Program-made: the position numbers and the translations under genes
Origin: Squalus acanthias
Lineage: Eukaryota
Reading direction: 5' to 3'
Length of the DNA stretch: 64,000 nt
NCBI GenBank assembly: GCA_030390025.1
Contig: CM059432.1
Location: forward strand, 6,758,001 to 6,822,000
Shown here: positions 1-10,258 of the stretch, piece by piece
Position numbering within the stretch: position 1 is the stretch's first letter
How the letters are laid out: every line of letters starts with the position of its first letter
Notes under the pieces: model-generated
Told to the model about the DNA's origin: nothing
The model's input: only the letters and a program-made list of their open reading frames with translations
Database searches by the model: none

Positions 1-229
1 TTGCTGCTTGTGATAATGCTGCTCATGTTCGAATGACCCTTAACATGAAAAAAAATTCTTCTGATCTGCCCCTTTGTCAGTGATTTACGGGCCAGCGGAA
101 ATAATTTTTCACTATTTATGTCCTCAACCCCTCCCAAAAATGTAAACACGCATATTGGATCACCCCCTAACCCTAATAGGAAAGGGTGGTAATATCGCAC
201 ATTGGCACGAATTATATTATGCTTGGCAC

Positions 230-700
230 GATGGCACGACTGAAAGGGAATACAAAACTATGGTGCATAAGTTTCAAGCAAAGGTGATTGTATCTGAGTT
301 GCTTCCAGTGTTATCTGGGGATATGGAGAGAATGAGCAGCTCAGTGCACTTCAGTAAGTGGAAAGAATGATCCAGAAAGGATAGGCTACATCTAACCAGA
401 TAAAGGGGCTAAACCATGGGTGTAACTAGGATTCATTTAAACAAAAACAAGGGGAAAATGACAAACCAATATAACTGCAGGATGAAGGAAACAATATTAA
501 TCAGGGTGATGACAGGAATATAATTAAACTCAAACTAAGTGGAGGAGAGGAAGGATTTAGCAGCTATTGAAAGGGTGGTTATAACAGCGGCAAGCGAGTT
601 GCCAGAAGCAGGTTGGGTAGAAAATATTAATTGTAAAAGTAACAACATAATAGTTGCTAACTGCTACTCACCGCAGCTCAAAGTGAAAGAGTAGGGAATG
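230..700 (+). mobile_element. Highly degenerate CR1-type LINE fragment (ORF1 esterase/ORF2 start region)
   Basis: Translation KVIVSELLPV resembles KIVISGLLPV of the CR1 ORF1 at 9275-9871; many stops. Confidence 0.4.
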
Positions 701-734
701 AGATGTTTGGTAAATTACAGAAGCCCAGGACTGT

Positions 735-1597
735 GGCCGCGATTTTTCCAATGGATGCGGCTTGGGGGCGGGACAGCTGCTTTCCGGGTTCCAGTCCCGC
801 CCTCAACGACATCAGATGCACAGACGCGATTTTGTGTCAGCTGGCCATGTTCGGGCTTGCCAGCCAATTAAGAGGAAGCCGGTGTCAGATGACGTCAGTT
901 GATGATGCATCATCTGCCGGTTTTCTTAAAGGGGCCACGCACAAGTTTTTTTGACCGCTGATTTTTCAGTGTTTGACAGCATTGAGGTGCTGCAAACACT
1001 GACGATCACTGTACAAAGGTGAGCCCTTGCACTCAGGCTCTCCAGTGACTCCCTCCTTAGGCTAGAACAGATGGCAGCTGCAGGTGAGGTTACAGAAGCG
1101 ATCTGTCACTGGTGAGAGAGGTTCTCCCAATGAGGTGGGACTACACACACAATCCAAAACTTGTCACCTACAGAAAAGTGTAAATGCATTTAAAATGATT
1201 TTCCCAACATTTTCTTATCTCTGAAACTCACCAGTGTACCATTGGATCCTTCACACCACTTCTGCAGCTATCATCAATGCAGAAACATTACAGCAGACTC
1301 AGCACGCCACACTTACCTGGCGTGGTGTCCGGATGTCGGGAAGCCCACAGTAGACCTGTCAAAATTGGAAAAAGCCTCTTAACTGCCTGTTAACAACCTG
1401 TTAACAAGCAGTTAAGTGCCTATAATCCTCTTCCCGCCGCTAGGTGTTGGGTCCATGTGCAAATCGGGGACCCGACACCTGGGAAGATTGTTTGGAGGCG
1501 GATTGACAGCGGGTTTCCAACCCGCTGTCAATCTTTGCGATTTTGCCGGATGTCCCGCCTCCAAACCCGCCCCCTGAGTGCCTGCAAAATTCCGGCC
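735..1597. mobile_element. Non-autonomous DNA transposon (PIF/Harbinger-like MITE)
   Basis: Imperfect TIRs GGCCGCGATTTT / AAAATTCCGGCC; GC-rich subterminal regions resemble the MITE at 40778-41515; no clear TSD. Confidence 0.55.
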
Positions 1598-1654
1598 TAC
1601 ATGTTTACAAAGAATGGGGTTTTCCATTGGCGAGAGTGAAAAAGGAGAATCAAC

Positions 1655-1770
1655 AGCTTGCATTTATATAGCACCTTTAACATAGGAAAACGTCCCAAGG
1701 TGCTTCACAGGAGCGCAATCAGACATTATTAAAACTAGATTATCTGGTCATTTATCTTATTGCTCTGCCC
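1655..1770 (-). mobile_element. DeuSINE (SacSINE1-like) 3' fragment
   Basis: CTTGCATTTATATAGCACCTTT tail and GATTATCTGGTCATT motif shared with the fuller copies (e.g. 39211-39672). Confidence 0.55.
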
Positions 1771-2152
1771 GGTTATCCATTCTGTTGAAGTCATGAAAAG
1801 GAAAATTGGCCGGGGTATAAACGGGAGGTCAATGTTTCGAGTCTCCGCCATAGGTGAATATCGCCCCCAAAAGGCACTATTTAAATGCAAGTTCTTCATT
1901 TCTTTCTTACAGAAAGTGCTGGCCTCCTTTATGGACGATGCCATTTACAGTAAGCACGAGCAAAGAATGGTGTGAGAGGGCTCAGGTTTTAACAGCACGT
2001 CACGCCAGCGTACTCCTACTGAGAAACCGGCAGTGCTGTTTGTGATTTAATTTTTTTATTTCACACGATCTCACCAGCAGATTAGATGTTTCTGCCAGCA
2101 GGAACGATCAAAATGCATTGTTCTGTCGGCCTCATAAGATTGAGGAGCGGGC

Positions 2153-2367
2153 TGTCATAAATCGCAAGTAACAACTCAGGAAGTACTACTGGGCGGCCAG
2201 CTGGGGCGCCGTCCAGGGAGTATAAATACTCAGGCATGGGCCCACCTTGGGCAGAGACAATCTGGAAACAGGAAGCTAGTGACTGCTAACTAGACCTCCA
2301 TGTTTTGTTACAAGTTGATTAAAGCCTTGCTTTATGTTCAAGTGCGTAGTGAGTCTTTATTACGTCA
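2153..2367 (+). repeat. 5' LTR
   Basis: TGTCATAA...TACGTCA; identical by eye to 6444-6658; TATAAAT at 2221-2227, ATTAAA at 2318-2323. Confidence 0.97.
2221..2227 (+). promoter_or_regulatory. LTR TATA box (putative)
   Basis: TATAAAT in U3 preceded by a GC-rich block; conventional position for an LTR promoter. Confidence 0.55.
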
Positions 2368-2467
2368 ATTTAATCAACTTGATATCGTCTCCACGCTTTG
2401 GGTGATTCGGAACAACCAGCTGCAACTCGAACCACAGAAGGGAACTAGGGCAAGAAACTGATCCATC

Positions 2468-5400
2468 ATGGAGAAACTCCTTAGACCCGCTCGTCTCGAC
2501 TTGGACCCGAATGCACCTGCGGCAGCGAAGGTATGGAAGCATTGGTTTCGTACCTTTAGCAACTTTCTTGAAGAATGTGGGGCGGATGTCCCTAATAAGT
2601 TACGAATGCTTATCAACTACGTGTCTCCTCATGTGTATGATTATATTGAGGACTGTATAGTCTATGACACGGCTATCGAAATCTTACAGCAGCTATATGT
2701 CAAGTCCCCAAATGAAATATTTGCTCGACACCTACTGGCCACAACTCGGCAGCAGCCTGGGGAATCACTCGATTAATTTCTCCAGAAACTTCGCAGGCTC
2801 AGCAAGGATTGTAACCTTAAAGCAGTTACAGCTGAACAGTATCAAGAGGAACTAATCCGCGATTCCTTTATCAATGGAATCGCGTCCCCTTTTATACGTC
2901 AGCGCCTGCTGGAAAATAAAACCCTCAATTTACGGGCTGCTTATGACCAGGCGTGTTCCTTGGACTTGGCCAAGAAAAATGCAGACACTTATCTCCCACC
3001 ACGTGCACGGCCGCCGGCTATCTCCTTTAATGAGTCTTTCGGTAGGTCTCGGGCGGATGCCCCCACTGATGTTGACTCTACTCTAACGGACGACGACCCT
3101 ACCCTAGAGGCCTTCGCTGATGACGACCCCGCCCTAGCAGCATCCTGGCAATCAGGAAGAAAGTGTTTCTTTTGTGGAGGGGCGTGCCATCACAGAAAAT
3201 TTTGCCCGGCTCGTAATGTGACCTGCAATCATTGCAGCAAGAAAGGACACTTTTCCAAGGTATGCCAGTCACGGGCCTTTGCTAACAAGAAAGGCCGCTC
3301 CTCTAAAGTATACCGGTCGAGAGCTCCTGTTAGCTTCACAGCTGCTATCTATGGAGCTGCTCCTCCCCCAAGAACTACTGTTAAGGCTACAGTTGCCGAA
3401 GGGAAAATTGCCCCTCCTCCCATCACGGCTGTTTTTCCCCAAAGTTTGTCCCATGCAGCCACAAAGGTTTCAGTAAATGGGCACACTCTAAGCGCGCTAA
3501 TCGACTCCTGCAGCTCTGACAGCTTCATTAGTAAGCGGGCTGTCAACAGGTTAAAACTGCACATTTATCCCTCGGACAGGGAGATTGCAATGGCTCTGAC
3601 GACTCTGACCACCAATTCTTCTGGCTTCTGTCTGGTCAACCTCATCCTCAACGGCCGCACGTATCTCTCCACCCGGCTCGGAGTACTCGCAAACTTATGC
3701 AGCGATGTGCTTCTGGGACAGGACTTCCAGAAGCAGCACAAGAAGATCACTTTTGAGTTTGGAGGGTCAAGGCCGGAGCTTACCATTTTTAAGGTGCCAT
3801 TTTGTGCACTCTCGGCGGCCTTACTTGGTGAACCCTCCCTGTTTGCCAATCTTCCCCCCCGCTGTAAACCCATAGCCACCAAATCGCGGCGCTTTAGCCA
3901 AGACGATCGAGCGTTTATTGAGGCGGAAATCTCTCGCCTTTTAGTCGACGGTATTATCGAGCCATGTTCATCTCCCTGGCGGGCTCAGGTCGTCATCGTG
4001 AGGAATCCCTTAAAACAACATAAAAAACGTCTGTGTATCGATTATTCGCAGACTATTAATCTATATACCGATCTGGATGCCTACCCGCTGCCACGCATAG
4101 ATGACATGGTCAACAACCTTGCCAAATACAAGGTATTCTCGACCTTCGATTTAAAAAGCGCGTACCATCAGGTGCCACTGCAAGACTCCGACAAGAAGTA
4201 TACGGCCTTTGAGGCCAATGGTCGGCTTTTCCAGTTTCGCCGCCTTCCATTCGGGGTCACCAATGGGGTGGCCGTCTTCCAACGGGCCATGGATGGCCTA
4301 GTCCGGCAAGAGAACTTGACGGATACCTTTCCGTATTTAGACAATATCACTATTGCCGGCCATGATCAAAAGGAGCATGACGCCAATCTTCAGAGATTTT
4401 TTGACGTACTCCGCCGTCGCCACTTAACGTTAAACGAATCCAAATCGGTGAAGTCGGTGCCATCGGTGAACATTCTTGGCTACTGGGTGGGCAACGGTGT
4501 TATTAAACCGGACCCAGAGCGACTTCGTCCACTTCAGGAGCTCCCTCCCCCGACGAACCTCGGCTCTCTTCGTCGGGCACTTGGCATGTTTGTTGATTAC
4601 GCAAAATGGATACCACACTTCTCCGATAAAATACAGCCCCTGCTCCATGCGAAGTCTTTTCCATTGGAAGCTACGGCTATTTCTGCCTTCAACCTCCTCA
4701 AACGACAGCTGGAGAAAGCCACGCTTCGCTCCATTGACGAAAATCTTCCTTTTGTGGTCGAATGCGATGCATCGGAGGTGGCGATCTCCGCTACCTTGAA
4801 TCAAGGTGGCCGACCCGTGGCATTCCTATCCAGAACCTTGCAGGGTAGCGAGCTCCATTACCCCCCCGTCGAGAAGGAGGCTACGGCCATCATCGAGGCT
4901 GTACGCCAATGGGGTCATTTTCTTGCTCGGCGTCATTTTACGCTTATAACTGACCAGCGCTCTGTGGCCTTCATGTTGGATAACCGGAGGCGCACGAAAA
5001 TCAAAAATAATAAAATTCAACTCTGGAGGATGGAGCTGGCTGCCTTTGGATATACTATCTGTTACCGACCCGGCAAACAGAACGTGGCCCCAGATACCTT
5101 CACACGGGCATTTTGCTCCTCAATGTCAACGTCGACTCTGGCGGATTTGCATATGGACTTATGCCATCCTGGTGTGACCCGCATGTTGCACTTTGTGCGC
5201 TCCAAAAATCTACCATTTTCAACCGAGGGCGTAAAGAAAACATGCTCCTCCTGTAGGATTTGTGCAGAATTGAAACCACAATTCTTTCGCCCATCAGATG
5301 GCTTACTCATACATGCAATGCAGCCTATGCAGAGGCTCAGCATAGACTTTAAAGGGCCATTGCCTTCGTCGACAAGGAACACCTACCTACTTACGATGGT

Positions 5401-6405
5401 GGACGAGTATTCACGCTTTCCCTTCGCCTTCCCCTGCCCTAATATGCTTACCTCTACGGTAATTAAATGCCTCGATCAGGTCTTTTCCCTTTGCGGGACG
5501 GCCAATTTTATCCACACTGATCGGGGTCCCTCCTTTATGTCGAGTGAACTTAAAAGTTATCTCTCCCAACGGGGAATCGCCTCAAGTAGGACGACACCAT
5601 ATCACCCAATCGGTAACGGACAGGTTGAACGATACAATGCCATCATCTGGAACGCTGTCCGTCTGGCACTAAGGTCACGCAACCTACCGGACCAGCAGTG
5701 GGAAACGGTGCTCCCCGACGTGTTACACTCTCAGGTCTCTTCTCCACGTCTACTAATGTCACGCCTCATGAGCGATTCTTCAAATTCCGGCGTCGCTCTA
5801 CACATGGGACGTCTCTACCGTCATGGTTGGTGGCTCCAGGCCCGGTGCTACTCCGGAGGTTCGTCCGGTCTGCCAAAAACGACCCTCTCGTTGACGAGGT
5901 GGAGTTAACGGATGTAAACCCCACGTATGCGCACGTACGGTACCCTGATGGCTGGGAGACCACCGTCTCGCTCCGAGATCTGGCTCCCTGCCCAACCGGT
6001 CATACGGGCCCAAATGATGAAGGATCCCCCGACAATGATATCAACACTCCGCACCCCTATGAAAATGATGCCCCGCTTGGGACATCGGGGGATCTGCCGG
6101 CAACGCTACCGGATCAACTCAGGGAGCTGGACGCTCCCCGTAGGATGGCCACCCGAAACCAGGACGCCGGACAATCTCCAGCCACGACCCGGGATGAGGC
6201 CAGCTCAGCACCTGTGGGGACCCGCACCCGGAGTCATGATATTCCCAGTCCTCCACAGGATGATCAAGATGACGCGGACTCTACTGACTTACCGGTACGG
6301 GCCAAGCGACCCAGGGACCAGGACACGGTCCGGGGAGACGTGCCTTCCGGTCACAAGCAGAGAGCTAAACGTCTACGGCTATTTCTGGTCCGCCTAGTCC
6401 GTTAA
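2468..6405 (+). pseudogene. gag-pol polyprotein, disrupted (TAA at 2774-2776; frameshift near 5730-5740)
   Basis: ORFs 2468-2776 and 2960-5908 share a frame. Two CCHC knuckles (CFFCGGACHHRKFC, CNHCSKKGHFSKVC), protease LIDSCS..LLGQDF, RT LPFG/YLDN, RNase H ECDAS/EKEA/TDQ, integrase HHCC plus SIDFKG/HTDRG/VERYN. Integrase C-terminus continues in the 5698-6405 frame. Confidence 0.93.
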
Positions 6406-6431
6406 AGGAAGACTGGACTTCCAAACCTTTT

Positions 6432-6443
6432 AGGGAGGAAGAA
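6432..6443 (+). other. Polypurine tract
   Basis: AGGGAGGAAGAA immediately 5' of the 3' LTR. Confidence 0.9.
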
Positions 6444-6658
6444 TGTCATAAATCGCAAGTAACAACTCAGGAAGTACTACTGGGCGGCCAGCTGGGGCGC
6501 CGTCCAGGGAGTATAAATACTCAGGCATGGGCCCACCTTGGGCAGAGACAATCTGGAAACAGGAAGCTAGTGACTGCTAACTAGACCTCCATGTTTTGTT
6601 ACAAGTTGATTAAAGCCTTGCTTTATGTTCAAGTGCGTAGTGAGTCTTTATTACGTCA
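6444..6658 (+). repeat. 3' LTR
   Basis: Identical by eye to 2153-2367, followed by TSD CGGGC. Confidence 0.97.
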
Positions 6659-6689
6659 CGGGCTGTCTTTGATCTGCAGACCTTTGTAA

Positions 6690-6872
6690 CTTCCTGCACC
6701 CCTCCACAAAACTTTACTGTCCTTCCTAATTTAGTGTCATCTACAAACTTGGATATATAACTCTCTCTTCCTTCATCCAAGTCATTGATCTATATGGTGA
6801 AAATCTGAGTCCCCAGGGCAACACCACTTCTCACATCCCCCAACCAGGGAACGTCTCCTTTATCCCTACTCT
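6690..6872 (-). mobile_element. CR1 RT fragment
   Basis: Antisense of the YINDLDEG...SKFVDDTKLG region seen in other copies. Confidence 0.7.
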
Positions 6873-6873
6873 C

Positions 6874-7480
6874 TGGCCAGGATTTTAACTGCCAGCGGGT
6901 TTCCCAGCGAAACATCGCACTGACGGGTTAATTTTCCGCCCGCCTGTGCCAGAATGAAACACAATTCGTTTTGAATGGCCGGGTCTTATTTAATTCGGCC
7001 AGCCGATTTCCCTCCTGGAAGTCAGCAGGGAACGGTGGAAAATCGCACGGCATGGAGGCCTCCCACCACTGGCAGGTAAGCGCAGGGATCGGGCTGTCGG
7101 GACGTCCTGCGGGGGGCGGGGAAAAGGGTCCCATGATCAGGAGCGGGTGCGAGATCTGGGCAGGGGAGGCTTAAGCTTTCTTTATGGGGTCTGGAGCAAC
7201 ACTCCTGCTCGTCCTGGCCCCACAAGGACATTAAAAAAAAAAGTTTACCTTTTTGGGCTTCAGCTGACCCCAATCCTCCTTGCCTCTGGATTTTCCTGGC
7301 GGGAAACCTCTTGCTGAGGCCGGCTAGTAAAAATTGCAGTCGTCTCCAATTGACGTCGTTGGGATGTCAAAGGCCTTGGACGCGTGTCCTTGCTGCCTGT
7401 TCAGTAGAACAGATAAAAGTTGCGGAAAGTGAGCTCTCGGTGGCTCCGGGGCGGGTAAGTGACCTGGATGATTTAAGGCC
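6874..7480. mobile_element. Harbinger-like MITE (right end uncertain)
   Basis: Left end GGCCAGGATTTT resembles other MITE TIRs here; GC-rich interior. Confidence 0.45.
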
Positions 7481-7489
7481 GTCTGCCAA

Positions 7490-8690
7490 ATCCGTGCCCA
7501 TCTTTCCCGCAACTCCATGTTTGAATCCCTCCAATCAGGTTTCCGCCCTTGCCACAGTACCGAAGCGGCTCTCCTCAAAGTCACAAATGATACCCTTTGT
7601 GACTATGACAACGGTAAACTATCCCTCCTTGTCCTTCGTGACTTGTCTACAGCCTTTGACATGGTTGACCACTCCATCCTCCTCCAACGCCTCTGCACCG
7701 TCATCCAACTGGGTGGGACTGCACTCACCTGGTTCCATTCTTATCTATCTAATCGTAGCCAGAGAATCACCTGCAACAGCTTCTCTTCCTGCTCCCGCAT
7801 CGTTACCTCTGGTGTCCCCCAAGGATCTATCCTTGGTCCCCTCCTATTTCTCATCTACATGTTGCCCCTTCGCGACATCATCTGAAAACACAGCGTCAGT
7901 TTCCACATGTACGCTGACGACACCCAGCTCTACCTCACTACCACTTCTCTCGACCCCTCCACGGTCTCTGTAAATTGTCAGAATGCTTGTCTGACATACA
8001 GTTCTGGATGAGCAGAAATTTTCTCCAATTAAATATTGGGAAGACCGAAGCCATTGTTTCGATCCCCGCCACAAACTCCGTTCCCTAGCCACTGACTCCA
8101 TCCCTCTCCTTAACATCTGTCTGAGGCTGAACCACACTGTTCGCAACCTTGGTGACATATTTGACCCTGAAATGAGCTTCCGACCACACATCCGCAGCAC
8201 AACTACGACCGCCTATTTCCACCTCCGTAACATGGCCCGTCTCCCCTCCTTGCCTCAGCTATCCGCTGCTGAAACCCTGATCCATGCTTTTGTTACTTCT
8301 AGACTTGATTATTCCAACGCACTCCTGGCTGACCTCCCACATTCTACTCTATGTAAACTTGATCTCATCCAAAACTCTGCTGCCAGTGTCCTAACTCGCA
8401 CCAAGTCCCGTTTACCCATCACTCCTGTGCTCGCTGACCTACATTGGCTCCTGGTTAAGCAATGCCTCGATTTCAAAATTCTCATCCTTGTTTTCAAATC
8501 CCTCCATGGCCTTGCTCCTCCCTATCTCTGTAATCTCCTTCAGCCCCACAACCCCCCGGCGATATCTGCGCTCCTCTAATTCTGTCCTCTTGAGCTTCCC
8601 TGATTTTAATCGCTCAACCATTGGTGGCTGTGCCTTCTGTTGCCTAGGCCCTAAGCTCTGGAATTCCCTGCCTAAACCTCTCCTCCTCTA
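7490..8690 (+). mobile_element. L2 LINE, 3' half of ORF2 (degenerate)
   Basis: QSGFRPCHSTEAAL, LRDLSTAFDMVDH, GVPQGSILGP, YADDTQLY, LIHAFVTSRLDYSN, ITPVLADLHWL. Confidence 0.9.
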
Positions 8691-9274
8691 TACGGCGATA
8701 TACTTCCAAGTCAGGATGGTGTGAAAGAACCAACACGAGGGAAAAACTTACTTGACCTCACCCTCACCAATCTACCTGTCGCAGATGCATCTGTCCATGA
8801 CAGCATTGGTAGCAGTGACCACCGCACAGTCACTATGGAGACAAAGTCCCGTCTTCACACTGAGGACACCCCCCATTGTGTTGTGTGGCACTACCACTGT
8901 GCTAAATGGGACAGATTCAGATCAGATCTAGCAGCTCAAAACTGGGCATCCTTGAGGCGCTGTGGGCCATCAGCAGCAGCAGAATTGTATTCCACCACAA
9001 TCTGTAACTTCAAGGCCCGGCATATCCCTCACTCTACCATTACCATCAAGCCAGGGGACCAACCCTGGTTCAATAAGGAGTGTAGAAGAGCATGCCAGCA
9101 GCAGCACCAGGCATACCTAAAAATGAGGCGCCAACCTGGGGAAGCTGCAATAGACAGGGCTAAGCGATCCCACAATCAATGGATCAGATCAAAGCTCTGC
9201 AGTCCTGCCACATCCAGTCGTGAATAGTGGTGGACCATTAAACAACTAACTTCCTCTCCAACAGATTTTCTGTT

Positions 9275-9871
9275 TTGGATACTGCTGGGGGAGATGGTTT
9301 CTCAGGGGAATGCAGCAAGAGCCAAGTCCGTGGCACTACGAGTGGCTCAGCTGCACAGGAGGGGATGAAAAAGAGTGGGAGAGCAATAGTGATAGGGGAT
9401 TCTATCGTAAGGGGAACAGATAGACGTTTCTGTGGCCGCAGACGTGACTCCAAGATGGTATGTTGCCTCCCTGGTGCCAGGGTCAAGGATGTCACTGAGG
9501 GGCTGCAGGACATTCTGAAGGGGGAGGGTGAACAGCCAGAGGTCGTGGTCCATATCGGTACAAACGACATAGGTAGAAAGAGGGACAAGGTCCTGCAAGC
9601 AGAATATAGGGAGCTAGGAAATAAATTAAAAAGCAGGACCTCAAAGATAGTAATCTCAGGATTACTCCCAGTGCCACGTGCTAGCGAGAGCAGAAATATG
9701 AGAATACACCAGATGAATGCGTGGCGGGAGGGATTTAAATTCCTGAGGCATTGGGACCGATTCTGGGGAAGGTGGGACCTGTACAAGCTGGACGGGTTAC
9801 ACCTCGGCAGAAACGGGACCAACATCCTCGCAGGGAGGTTTGCTAGTGCTGTTGGGAAGGATTTAAACTAG
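9275..9871 (+). CDS. CR1 ORF1 SGNH/GDSL esterase domain (5'-truncated)
   Basis: VIGDS, LPGA, HIGTND and DGLH blocks. Confidence 0.85.
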   Translation: MDTAGGDGFSGECSKSQVRGTTSGSAAQEGMKKSGRAIVIGDSIVRGTDRRFCGRRRDSKMVCCLPGARVKDVTEGLQDILKGEGEQPEVVVHIGTNDIGRKRDKVLQAEYRELGNKLKSRTSKIVISGLLPVPRASESRNMRIHQMNAWREGFKFLRHWDRFWGRWDLYKLDGLHLGRNGTNILAGRFASAVGKDLN

Positions 9872-10258
9872 TTTGTCAGGGGGCTGGGAACCTAAGTGTG
9901 GGCCCAGAACGGAGAGAAGCAAAGCTGGAAGTGCAAGTTAGAAAAGTAGTCAGCAAAACTAGTAGGGAGCAGAAACAAAGGCCAACAGTAAAGAGGGTCA
10001 AAGTGCAGAAAAATATTAAACAGGCAAAGTTGAAGGCACTTTATCTAAATGCACGTAGCATTCGCAACAAGGTGGATGAATTAATGGCACTAATAGAAGT
10101 AAATGGGTATGATGTAATTGCCATTACAGAGACATGGTTGCAGGGTAACCAAAGCTGGGAACTGAATGTTCCAGAGTACTCAACATTTAGGAAGGACAGA
10201 CAAAAAGGAAAAGGAGGTGGCGTAGCGCTGTTAATAAGGGATGAGATCGGTACGGTAG

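Larger units (their letters stand above)
2153..6658 (+). mobile_element. Full-length Ty3/Gypsy LTR retrotransposon (probably Mag-related)
   Basis: Two 215-bp TG...CA LTRs; 5-bp TSD CGGGC (2148-2152, 6659-6663); gag-PR-RT-RH-IN domain order; polypurine tract. Confidence 0.97.

Noticed and set aside
2148..2156. Apparent 9-bp TSD CGGGCTGTC
   Set aside because: TGTC is the LTR start (also at 6444); the TG...CA boundaries give a 5-bp TSD and the extra match is coincidental.
2774..2776. Programmed stop read-through between gag and pol
   Set aside because: The stop lies inside the capsid-like region, upstream of the zinc knuckles, so it is not at a gag/pol boundary.
5927..6405. env-like or chromodomain ORF after integrase
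   Set aside because: GC-rich, Pro/Asp/Arg low-complexity tail; no signal peptide, transmembrane segment or chromodomain motif.
7311..7973. 220-aa Ser/Pro-rich ORF, and similar ORFs such as 9238-9825, 21618-22157 and 34280-34957
   Set aside because: Alternate-frame or antisense shadows of LINE/PLE coding sequence.
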